NCBI GenBank assembly: GCA_964433975.1
Contig: CAYSSS010000001.1
Coordinates: forward strand, 7,989-71,988
DNA length: 64,000 nucleotides
Reading direction: 5' to 3'
Source: an uncultured Planctomycetia bacterium
Lineage (GTDB): Bacteria; Omnitrophota; Gorgyraeia; 2-01-FULL-45-10
Numbering within the stretch: position 1 is the first letter of the stretch; each line of letters starts with the position of its first letter. The notes beneath the pieces are model-generated. The model had not been told where the DNA came from. It worked only from the letters and a program-made list of their open reading frames with translations, and searched no databases. Below are positions 1 through 7,730 of the stretch, piece after piece. A program made the position numbers and the translations under genes.

Positions 1-275
1 CATTTCATTGCATGGACGGAAACGGCCCCGTAGACGGTTTTCCCGTAAAGCTGGAAGCGGCAGTCGCGTCAACGGATGCCCTGAAAGCGGACGGGGTCGG
101 AGCCAGATTGATGGGCCTTCAGCCAGAGGATATAGGGTATCTCTATTACCTATATAAAGAGGGCATGGGGGATTATTCTATTAACGGCATGGTGGGGTAC
201 CCCATAAGCGATGTCGGGCGGAATTTCATGATGCACCCAACCTATAATATACAAAAAAACTGGAATTTGGCGTAA
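1..275 (+). CDS. DUF362-domain protein, C-terminal fragment (5' end lies outside the window)
   Basis: The frame is open from the window edge (codons at 3-11 carry no stop) to TAA at 273-275. The tail DGNGPVDGFPV...AVASTDALKADGVGARLMGLQPEDIGYL resembles the conserved C-terminal region of DUF362 proteins as I recall it. Confidence 0.5.
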   Translation, partial: FHCMDGNGPVDGFPVKLEAAVASTDALKADGVGARLMGLQPEDIGYLYYLYKEGMGDYSINGMVGYPISDVGRNFMMHPTYNIQKNWNLA

Positions 276-380
276 ATGTGGATGAATATGGCAGTAAAAA
301 ATGAATTTTCTTATATCGTGAGAGGATAAGACCAGCCAGGCCTGCGGCATTCATGGACCCTTCCCGAAAGTAGCTAAATC

Positions 381-408
381 TTGACTTTTATTACCGATTT
401 GGTACAAT
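381..408 (+). promoter_or_regulatory. Sigma70-type promoter: -35 TTGACT (381-386), 16-nt spacer, extended -10 TGgTACAAT (400-408)
   Basis: Read directly from the sequence. It scores 5/6 at -35 and 5/6 at -10 and has a TGn extension. It sits in the only sizeable non-coding gap (276-416). The predicted transcription start at about 414-416 lies just before ATG 417. Confidence 0.6.
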
Positions 409-411
409 AAT

Positions 412-426
412 GTTCAATGATTGAAC
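412..426. promoter_or_regulatory. Perfect inverted repeat GTTCAAT-g-ATTGAAC, candidate operator for the MarR regulator
   Basis: Two 7-bp arms flank one central base. The repeat lies immediately downstream of the -10 element and spans the ATG (417-419) of the MarR gene. This is the classical position for autorepression by a dimeric winged-helix protein. Confidence 0.5.
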
Positions 427-776
427 GTCCCCCAAAAGAAGAAATTCTGCATATGATAAAGGAAATAGACGGCAATTCCGCCACTACCCAGCGGACTATA
501 TCCAATAAGCTGGGTATTTCTCTAGGTAAGACGAATTATCTGCTAAACTCACTCATCGAAAAAGGCATAATCAAATACAAGAGCTTCTCCGATAATCCGG
601 GCAAGATCCGGAAGATCCAGTACAGCCTTACGAGCAAAGGGCTGGAAGAGAGAATGCGTCTAATGCGCCTTTTTTTAAAGATCAAGGAAGAGGAATATAA
701 CAAGTTAAAGCAGGAATGGGAAAGTATCTCTGCCAATAATGACAAGGGAGGCCTTTTAGATGAAAGCAGAAGATAA
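417..776 (+). CDS. MarR-family, EPS-locus-associated transcriptional regulator
   Basis: 119 aa. The winged-HTH core reads TQRTISNKLGISLGKTNYLLNSLIEKGIIK and the wing reads KIQYSLTSKG. Size and context resemble the EPS-associated MarR subfamily (TIGR04176-like, from memory). No Shine-Dalgarno sequence precedes ATG 417. Confidence 0.75.
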   Translation: MIERPPKEEILHMIKEIDGNSATTQRTISNKLGISLGKTNYLLNSLIEKGIIKYKSFSDNPGKIRKIQYSLTSKGLEERMRLMRLFLKIKEEEYNKLKQEWESISANNDKGGLLDESRR

Positions 777-1974
777 GAGCCGTTTTTCTTTCGACGTGGT
801 AATTGTGGGTGGTTTGGGGCATGTCGGGCTGCCTTTAGGCCTGGTCTTTGCCCAGAAAGGCCTCAAGACATGCCTATGCGACATCGATCCGGTCAAGGCA
901 GGCAGCGTAAAAAATGGCATTATGCCTTTTATGGAGCATGGAGCCGAATCCATCCTGAAGGAAGTTCTGAAAAATAAAAAGCTAAAAGTGTCGTTGGATG
1001 AAAAGGTTGTTTCAAAAGGGAAGTATGTCATCGTCGCCATAGGCACGCCCGTCGACGAACACCTGACCCCAAAAACTCGGGCTTTTTTGGAGCTTTTTCT
1101 TAAACTAAAAAAGTATTTAAATAAGGAGCAGGTTATCATAATCCGCAGTACGGTTTATCCGCACACCTGCCAGCAGGTTTTAAAGATATTGGGTCAGGAT
1201 GCCGGTTGGCGCGTAGCATATTGCCCGGAGAGAATCGTCCAGGGATACGCTGTTAAAGAATTAAATGAACTGCCTCAAATAGTCGCCGGCATGAGCGATG
1301 AAGCGGTTGATGAGGCGGCAAGGTTATTCGGTGTTATTTCGCCCAAGATTATAAAAACCTCTATAGGGGAGGCGGAGCTGGTTAAATTGTTCACTAATTC
1401 CTGGAGATATATGCAGTTTGCCATGACCAACCAGTTTTATATGATCACCAGGAATTTCGGAGTTGACTATAACAACGTGCGGCAGGCGATGATTGAAGGG
1501 TACGGGAGAATGGCAACTTTGCCGACTGCGGGTTTTGCCGCCGGACCGTGCCTCTTAAAAGACACGATGCAGCTGGCCGCGTTCAGCAGTAATAATTTTA
1601 TTTTGGGCCACGCGGCCATGATGATCAACGAAGGCCTGCCTAATTTTTTAGTGGAGAAATTAAGAGAAAAGCGCGACCTGCACAAGTCCAGGATAGGCAT
1701 ACTCGGGATGGCTTTCAAGGCCGATACCGATGATATAAGAGATTCGCTTTCGTATAAACTCGGTAAGATACTCAGATTCCACGGCGCCGATGTATACTAT
1801 TCCGACGAATACGCGAAAAACCCGGATTTTGTCACCAAAGAAAAGCTGTTAAAGTCCTGCGATGTGGTTATAGTCGGGGTCCCTCATTCCGCCTATAAAA
1901 AATTGTATATTCCGAAGAAAGTAGACGTTATTGATCTATGGGGAATTATTGAAAGAAAAAATGCAAAAGTATAA
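760..1974 (+). CDS. Nucleotide-sugar dehydrogenase (UDP-glucose/GDP-mannose dehydrogenase family; WbpA/WecC/Ugd-like, substrate unassigned)
   Basis: 404 aa. Motifs: Rossmann VVIVGGLGHVGLPLG, catalytic-Cys GFAAGPCLLKDT, and C-terminal GMAFKADTDDIRDS. The start overlaps the MarR stop by 17 nt. Confidence 0.85.
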   Translation: MKAEDKSRFSFDVVIVGGLGHVGLPLGLVFAQKGLKTCLCDIDPVKAGSVKNGIMPFMEHGAESILKEVLKNKKLKVSLDEKVVSKGKYVIVAIGTPVDEHLTPKTRAFLELFLKLKKYLNKEQVIIIRSTVYPHTCQQVLKILGQDAGWRVAYCPERIVQGYAVKELNELPQIVAGMSDEAVDEAARLFGVISPKIIKTSIGEAELVKLFTNSWRYMQFAMTNQFYMITRNFGVDYNNVRQAMIEGYGRMATLPTAGFAAGPCLLKDTMQLAAFSSNNFILGHAAMMINEGLPNFLVEKLREKRDLHKSRIGILGMAFKADTDDIRDSLSYKLGKILRFHGADVYYSDEYAKNPDFVTKEKLLKSCDVVIVGVPHSAYKKLYIPKKVDVIDLWGIIERKNAKV

Positions 1975-2734
1975 AAAAATACTCCTAACCGGGGCTTCCG
2001 GCCAGCTGGGGACGGCCATATTGAACATCGAGGACCGCGTCCGTTTTTTGACTCCGGCAATGGATATTTTAGATATAACGAAAACTTCTTCGATTGAAAG
2101 ATATTTCAAAAAACATAATTTTGATGCCGTTATACATTGCGCCGCTCTGGCGCGCATGACCGAATGTGAAAAAGATCCGATAACGACCATTGAAACAAAT
2201 ATCAAGGGGACGGCCAATCTCGTAGCGGCGGTGATAAGCAAAGAAGGCAAGCTTGAGAGGCCTATCAGATTCATGCACATTTCTACGGACGGGGTATATC
2301 CCGGCACAAAAGGTAACTATTCCGAAAAAGACGAAACGATTCCCTGTAATATTTATGGATGGACAAAGCTTGGCGCCGAATGCGCCGTTCATTTACTCAA
2401 AAATTTCTGTATTATACGCACCAGTTTTTTTAATCCGGACAAGATCAGATTTAATAATTCCGCCACGGATCTGTATTCATCCAAAGTTACAATAGACTAT
2501 TTGGCCGAGGCGGTCATCAGGCTTCTTGAAAGCGAATTTGTCGGCACAATAAATATCGGCGGGAAAAGGCAGTCTGATTATGAGAGGTATAAGAAATTCA
2601 AACCTTCCCTGCGGCCATGCAAAGGGATAGATATATCAAAAGGCATAGGCCTTAAGCTCGCGAAAGATGCTTCTTTAAATTACAGGCAATGGAAAAAAAT
2701 AGAGCGAGGGTTGTTAAAAACCACAAATGGATAG
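1961..2734 (+). CDS. RmlD-like NAD(P)-dependent sugar-nucleotide reductase/epimerase (short SDR)
   Basis: KKILLTGASGQLG glycine-rich loop and YGWTK (YxxxK). The size is typical of the dTDP-4-dehydrorhamnose reductase fold. I chose ATG 1961, but the ORF is also open from TTG 1931. Confidence 0.65.
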   Translation: MQKYKKILLTGASGQLGTAILNIEDRVRFLTPAMDILDITKTSSIERYFKKHNFDAVIHCAALARMTECEKDPITTIETNIKGTANLVAAVISKEGKLERPIRFMHISTDGVYPGTKGNYSEKDETIPCNIYGWTKLGAECAVHLLKNFCIIRTSFFNPDKIRFNNSATDLYSSKVTIDYLAEAVIRLLESEFVGTINIGGKRQSDYERYKKFKPSLRPCKGIDISKGIGLKLAKDASLNYRQWKKIERGLLKTTNG

Positions 2735-3461
2735 ATTAGATATAGTTATCCCGGTTTATAACGAAGGCGAAAATATCGCGACGGTTTTAAAGTCGCTGAA
2801 AAAAGATGTCTCTACGCCTTCCCGCGTTTTTATCTGTTACGATCGCGACGATGATAATACGTTGCCTGCGGCCAAAGATATCGGTGGAGAGCTGCCATAC
2901 GAGATGATATTCGTCAAAAATAACGCCGGTGGAGTCCATAACGCGGTTATGGCCGGATTCGCCGCCAGTGACGCGCCGGCGGTATTGGTCTTTCCGGCGG
3001 ATGACAAAGACAATGCCGGGATAATCGACAGGATGTATGAAAAATTTAAAGAGGGAAACGATATCGTCGCCGCCAGCCGTTTTATGAAGGGCGGCTGCAT
3101 GAAGGGCTGCCCCTGGTTAAAATCATTTCTGGTGCGGTCCGCTTCATTTACGCTCTATTGGTTGGCAAGCATCCCTATAAAAGACGCCTCGAACGGTTTC
3201 AGGTTATTCTCCAGAAAGATCCTTGATACGGTCCCCGTCGAATCGAGTCAGGGTTTTACGTATTCGCTGGAATTCTTAGTAAAATGCCACCGTTTGCGCT
3301 GGAAGATCGCCGAAGTACCGTCCTCCTGGCATCAGCGCGAAAAGGGGGAGAGCCATTTTCGTTTGTTTAAGTGGCTCCCGTATTATTTACGCTGGTATTT
3401 TTATGGGTTTATTACCAGGTATCTCAGAAAAGTTCCGGAAACTGTCAGGTTAAAAAGATAA
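2727..3461 (+). CDS. GT2 glycosyltransferase, Dpm1/polyprenyl-phosphate-sugar synthase-like (soluble)
   Basis: DIVIPVYNEGENI N-terminus, acidic motif FPADDKD, ASRF and NGFRLF segments. No TM helices are visible. Confidence 0.7.
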   Translation: MDRLDIVIPVYNEGENIATVLKSLKKDVSTPSRVFICYDRDDDNTLPAAKDIGGELPYEMIFVKNNAGGVHNAVMAGFAASDAPAVLVFPADDKDNAGIIDRMYEKFKEGNDIVAASRFMKGGCMKGCPWLKSFLVRSASFTLYWLASIPIKDASNGFRLFSRKILDTVPVESSQGFTYSLEFLVKCHRLRWKIAEVPSSWHQREKGESHFRLFKWLPYYLRWYFYGFITRYLRKVPETVRLKR

Positions 3462-3466
3462 TAATT

Positions 3467-4432
3467 ATGCCGAATAAAAAAGTGTCTGTGATCATACCGA
3501 TGTATAACGCCTCCGGCTGTATCGAGAATTGCCTATCTGCTGTATCGAAACAAACGGCCGGGGATCTTGAAGTTCTCCTGATAGACGATTGCTCTACGGA
3601 TGATACTGTCCAAAAAGCGCAAAGTTATCCTTTTAGGATAATCAGGACCGAAAAGCGCATTTCTCCGGCCAAGGTAAGGAATTATGGGGTAAAATTTGCT
3701 TCCGGAGATATTCTTGTATTTGTTGACGCCGATGTTGTGCTTAAGCCTGATTCGGCGAAGGAAATCATTAATGCGATATCCGCGCCCGGCACAGACGCGG
3801 TCTTTGGAATGTATGAAGAGGCTACCCCTCAGGCCGGTTTCTTTAGCCAGTTCCAAAACCTGTTCATAGTATACAGGTACGAAAGATTGCCCAGGTCTAC
3901 AGATATCACCTGCTCTTTTTTCTTCGCCATAAAAAAGAGCGTCTTTGAGGCTGTCGGGGGATATAACGAAGAGATGTCTTATTATGAGGATATCGAAATC
4001 GGTAAAAGGCTTTCTAAGGAAGGCTATCATTGTAAATTTGATCCCGGTCTCAAGGTAACGCATCTGAAGCGCTATAGCAACCTGAGCCTGATCAAAGACT
4101 ATTTTAGGAAGAGCGCCGAAGCAGGGCTTTATATAAAACGCGAGGGTTTCTCAAGAAAAATAAAGGATAATGCCTGGCCTCTTTCGATCAAGATAGCGGC
4201 ACTGTCAGGCCTTTGCCTTTTATCTTCCATCAGCCTGATCAGGATTACATTCATTCCTCTTTTACTGCTTTTCGGCATATATAATGTTTCAATAGTTCCT
4301 TTCCTGTCATATCTGGTTAAAAACAGAAATCTGGTTTTCGGTATAAAATCCTACTTAGTGTTATTTGAGATCTATCCGGCTTTTTTCACCGGGTTATCTT
4401 ATGGCATCCTGAAAAGAGGCGCTCGTGGCTGA
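3467..4432 (+). CDS. GT2 glycosyltransferase with C-terminal membrane anchor
   Basis: VSVIIPMYNASGCIENCLSAV, LIDDCSTDDT and VFVDADV (DxD). The last ~90 aa are hydrophobic (about 3 TM). ATG 3467 follows the stop of the upstream gene. The longer ORF from 3371 overlaps that gene out of frame. Confidence 0.8.
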   Translation: MPNKKVSVIIPMYNASGCIENCLSAVSKQTAGDLEVLLIDDCSTDDTVQKAQSYPFRIIRTEKRISPAKVRNYGVKFASGDILVFVDADVVLKPDSAKEIINAISAPGTDAVFGMYEEATPQAGFFSQFQNLFIVYRYERLPRSTDITCSFFFAIKKSVFEAVGGYNEEMSYYEDIEIGKRLSKEGYHCKFDPGLKVTHLKRYSNLSLIKDYFRKSAEAGLYIKREGFSRKIKDNAWPLSIKIAALSGLCLLSSISLIRITFIPLLLLFGIYNVSIVPFLSYLVKNRNLVFGIKSYLVLFEIYPAFFTGLSYGILKRGARG

Positions 4433-5492
4433 TTTACTAAAAGTTTTGCCCAGGATATTTTTCCCTAAAGGGGATCCGCTTCAATTTATTTTTTTCATTA
4501 CCGCCAAATGCAATCTCAGGTGCAGGCATTGTTTTTATCTCGAGAATATAGATGAACCAAAGGACGAATTATCCTTAAATGAGATAGAGAAGATTTCTCA
4601 TGGGATGGGCGATCTACTCTGGCTCTCCCTGACCGGCGGCGAACCATTTTTAAGAAAGGACATCGCTCAGATCGCGAAGATCTTTTATGTTAATAATAAA
4701 TTCAATCTTTTGACCATATGTACCAACGGTATTCTGCAGGATCAGATTATCCGGTCGGTCTCTGATATCTGTAGAACATGCAAGAAAGGGCACATCATAA
4801 TATATGTTTCACTGGATGGCATGAAGGAAACGCATGATCATCTCAGGGGCCTTCAGGGCGGATTTGAAACGGCCCTGGGTACGGTCCGAGAGCTTAAAAA
4901 ACTCAAAAAAGATTTTAAGAATCTAAATGTGGGAACCATTACTACCTGCAGCGCGGAGAATCAAAAGGATATGGGGAGATTAGCGTCATTCCTGAAGAGC
5001 GAGATTAAGCCGGATAATATTTCGATTAACCTTATACGAGGTAAGCCGCGTTCTACCAACCTGGGAGCGGTGGACCTGAAACATTATTTTGAATTCGTGA
5101 AAGTTCAAAAAGAGGGATGGGCCACCGGGGATTTCGGGCATTTTAATTTGTTCGGTAAGACCTTTATCAGGCGAAGGGAGTTGCTGCAGAAACAAGTCAT
5201 ATCTACCGTATTTAAAGAGGATAGATATGTAATTCCCTGCCTGGCAGGGAATATCAGCTGCGTAATGACGGAAACAGGAGATCTATACCCCTGTGAGATT
5301 CTTGATAAGAAAATAGGCAATATAAAAGAGACGGATTACGACTTTAAGAGGCTATGGCATTCTACGGAGGCGGCAAAGCTCAGGAGCTTTATCAAGGATA
5401 CCAAGTGCTATTGCACATACGAATGCGCCATCACGACTAATATTCTCTTTAATATGTCGCAGTTAACGAAGATGTTCACAGGGAGAGCTTAA
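4425..5492 (+). CDS. Radical SAM enzyme with SPASM-type C-terminal Cys cluster
   Basis: CNLRCRHC (CxxxCxxC) and the SLTGGEPF SAM-binding GGE motif. The C-terminal Cys-rich region reads CLAGNISCV...GDLYPCE...CYCTYEC. The GTG start overlaps the upstream stop by 8 nt. Confidence 0.8.
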   Translation: MADLLKVLPRIFFPKGDPLQFIFFITAKCNLRCRHCFYLENIDEPKDELSLNEIEKISHGMGDLLWLSLTGGEPFLRKDIAQIAKIFYVNNKFNLLTICTNGILQDQIIRSVSDICRTCKKGHIIIYVSLDGMKETHDHLRGLQGGFETALGTVRELKKLKKDFKNLNVGTITTCSAENQKDMGRLASFLKSEIKPDNISINLIRGKPRSTNLGAVDLKHYFEFVKVQKEGWATGDFGHFNLFGKTFIRRRELLQKQVISTVFKEDRYVIPCLAGNISCVMTETGDLYPCEILDKKIGNIKETDYDFKRLWHSTEAAKLRSFIKDTKCYCTYECAITTNILFNMSQLTKMFTGRA

Positions 5493-5496
5493 GGAC

Positions 5497-6462
5497 ATGA
5501 AATATTTGGTAACAGGCGGAACGGGTTTTATAGGCAGTGCTCTTGTCAGACGTCTGGTGGAAGAAGGTAACAGCGTCAGAGTCCTTGATAATAATTCGAG
5601 AGGCAGGTTTTCCCGTTTGAAAGATATAGCATCCAGTATACAGATGGTCAATGGAGATATCCGCAAGCCGGAAGATGTTCAAAAGGCATGTAAGGGCATG
5701 GACGCCGTATGCCATCTGGCATATTTGAACGGTACGGAATTTTTCTATACAAGACCTGAGCTTGTGCTTGAGATCGGGGTCAAGGGCATGATTAACGTTA
5801 TAGACGCTTGTATCAAAGAAGGCGTGCGTGAGTTAATAGTCGCGTCCAGCTCGGAAGTTTATCAGACTCCGCCTAAAACCCCGACTGACGAACAAGTTCC
5901 GTTAAGTATCCCAGATCCGACTAACCCGAGATATTCTTACGCCGGAGGAAAGATCATAAGCGAGCTTATGGCGATAAATTACGGACGGAAGCACTTTGAT
6001 AGAGTGGTTATATTCAGGCCGCATAATGTTTACGGGCCGGATATGGGTCGAGAGCATGTAATACCGCAGTTCATCCTGAGGATGAAGAAGCTTTGTCAAA
6101 AATCCGGGTCAAAACAGGCGCGTTTCCCGATACAGGGATCCGGTAACGAAACAAGGGCTTTTGTGTTTATCGATGACTTTATTGACGGACTTATGCTTGT
6201 GCTGAAAAAAGGCTCTCATCTCAATATTTACAACATCGGGACGATGGAGGAGATTACCATTCAGAAAGTGGTCCGGGAGGTGGGAAGGTATTTCGGGAAG
6301 AAGGTTATTATTGAGACCGGCAAGCTTGCGAAAGGCGGGACATTGCATCGCTGCCCCGATATTTCCAAATTAAGAAAAATGGGTTATAGGCCGAAAATCT
6401 CTTTTGCGAAAGGCCTGGGGATTACGGCCGCCTGGTACGATAAAAATAGGGGGAAAAATTGA
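5497..6462 (+). CDS. NAD-dependent sugar-nucleotide epimerase/dehydratase (extended SDR)
   Basis: MKYLVTGGTGFIGSALV, the SSSEVYQ serine region, and YAGGK (YxxxK). Confidence 0.8.
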   Translation: MKYLVTGGTGFIGSALVRRLVEEGNSVRVLDNNSRGRFSRLKDIASSIQMVNGDIRKPEDVQKACKGMDAVCHLAYLNGTEFFYTRPELVLEIGVKGMINVIDACIKEGVRELIVASSSEVYQTPPKTPTDEQVPLSIPDPTNPRYSYAGGKIISELMAINYGRKHFDRVVIFRPHNVYGPDMGREHVIPQFILRMKKLCQKSGSKQARFPIQGSGNETRAFVFIDDFIDGLMLVLKKGSHLNIYNIGTMEEITIQKVVREVGRYFGKKVIIETGKLAKGGTLHRCPDISKLRKMGYRPKISFAKGLGITAAWYDKNRGKN

Positions 6463-7727
6463 ACAAGTCTACTAATCTTGCTTTCAGGTCTGGATCAAGT
6501 GTAGTTGTAGAACGCTGCCAGGTATGCGATAGTCCAAACTTGGAGCCGGTATTATTTTTGGGCTACCTTCCGCCTGTGAATAAAATGCATAAGATCGGGG
6601 AAAAGCCGATGGAAGAAAGTGGATATCCTGCGCAATTGCTTTATTGTCTCAAGTGCCACTTAGTCCAGCTTGGACTAATTGTAGATCCAGCCATATTATT
6701 TCCCCCGGAATATCCATATACCAGCAGCACTACTAAAATATTGAGAGAAAATTTTGCCGAACTATACAAAGAGTGCTCGGGCCTCATAGATTTGAAATCC
6801 AGCGACCTGGTTGTAGATATCGGCTCCAACGATGGAAATCTTTTAAGTAATTTTAAAGGGCATTGCAATGTTCTTGGCGTCACTCCGGAAGAGATCGGTA
6901 AGATCGCTATTGATCGCGGCATACCGACCATCATTGATTATTTCAATCATGATGTTGTAGAAAATATTTTGAAGAAAGACGGGCAGGCAAAGATCATCAC
7001 TGCAACCAATGTTTTTGCGCACATAGAGAATGTCAATGAAATAGTTAAATGTATTTTGCAATTATTATCAAAAGATGGCGTATTTATTTCAGAGTCCCAT
7101 TATCTGTTTTCCCTGATCGAAACCCTGCAATACGATACCATCTATCACGAGCATCTTCGTTATTATTCTTTGCATAGCCTGCAGTACCTTCTTAAGTCCC
7201 ATGGCCTGGAGATATTCCACGCCAAGCGCATTCCAACCCACGGAGGTTCAATAAGAGTATATGCGGCAAGGAAGGGGCAATACAAGGTGAAGGATACGGT
7301 CGATAGGCTCCTGAAGGAAGAAGGGCCGGTTGTTCTTAGCAAAGAAAGCCTGATGAAATTCAGGGACAAGGTCGTGTTATCAAAGCTGGAATTGAATGCT
7401 TTACTGGGGGATATTAAAATGAAGGGCGAAAGGATATGCGGTATAAGCGCGCCTTCCAGGGCAAGCACTCTCATCAATTACGCAGGTATTGACGATGGCA
7501 TCCTTGATTGTGTTCTGGAGATCAAGGGTTCGCATAAGATAGGCAAGTATGTGCCGGGGACTCTCATACCCATACTTGAAGAATCATCGCTTTTTTTTGA
7601 TCAGCCTGAATATGCACTTTTACTTTCGTGGCATATAGCTGATGAATTAATGCCAAAGCTAAGAGCAAAGGGGTTTAAGGGAAAGTATATTGTGCCGTTG
7701 CCATCACCTAGAATAGCAGGAGAATAG
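6459..7727 (+). CDS. NDP-hexose C-methyltransferase-architecture enzyme (TylCIII-like): Zn-ribbon, class I SAM MTase and C-terminal domain
   Basis: CQVCDS...CLKCHLVQL (CxxC...CxxC), EYPYTSS, VVDIGSNDGNLL (motif I) and DTIYHEHLRYYS. The C-terminal domain reads GISAPSRASTLINYAGI. TTG start in a TTGA overlap, preceded by a GGGGG RBS. Confidence 0.75.
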   Translation: MNKSTNLAFRSGSSVVVERCQVCDSPNLEPVLFLGYLPPVNKMHKIGEKPMEESGYPAQLLYCLKCHLVQLGLIVDPAILFPPEYPYTSSTTKILRENFAELYKECSGLIDLKSSDLVVDIGSNDGNLLSNFKGHCNVLGVTPEEIGKIAIDRGIPTIIDYFNHDVVENILKKDGQAKIITATNVFAHIENVNEIVKCILQLLSKDGVFISESHYLFSLIETLQYDTIYHEHLRYYSLHSLQYLLKSHGLEIFHAKRIPTHGGSIRVYAARKGQYKVKDTVDRLLKEEGPVVLSKESLMKFRDKVVLSKLELNALLGDIKMKGERICGISAPSRASTLINYAGIDDGILDCVLEIKGSHKIGKYVPGTLIPILEESSLFFDQPEYALLLSWHIADELMPKLRAKGFKGKYIVPLPSPRIAGE

Positions 7728-7730
7728 TTA

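Noticed and set aside
150-350. A 66-aa minus-strand ORF spanning the end of the DUF362 gene and the intergenic region.
   Set aside because: It overlaps the better-supported + strand DUF362 tail. It has no recognisable motifs or RBS and would run head-on into the promoter region.
3533-4063. A 176-aa antisense ORF inside the GT2 gene. Similar long minus-strand ORFs occur at 756-1139, 14595-15038, 28991-29404, 42482-42889 and 49798-50178.
   Set aside because: Each lies wholly inside a + strand gene with strong family motifs. Their translations are low-complexity (R/S/L/P-rich) with no recognisable motifs. None has a promoter or RBS context. They are typical shadow ORFs.
4425-5492. The SPASM radical SAM enzymes as markers of a RiPP (peptide natural product) cluster.
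   Set aside because: The gaps next to all three enzymes are at most 33 nt, so no precursor-peptide gene fits beside them. No protease, transporter or leader-peptide-recognition gene is nearby. Every neighbour is a sugar enzyme.
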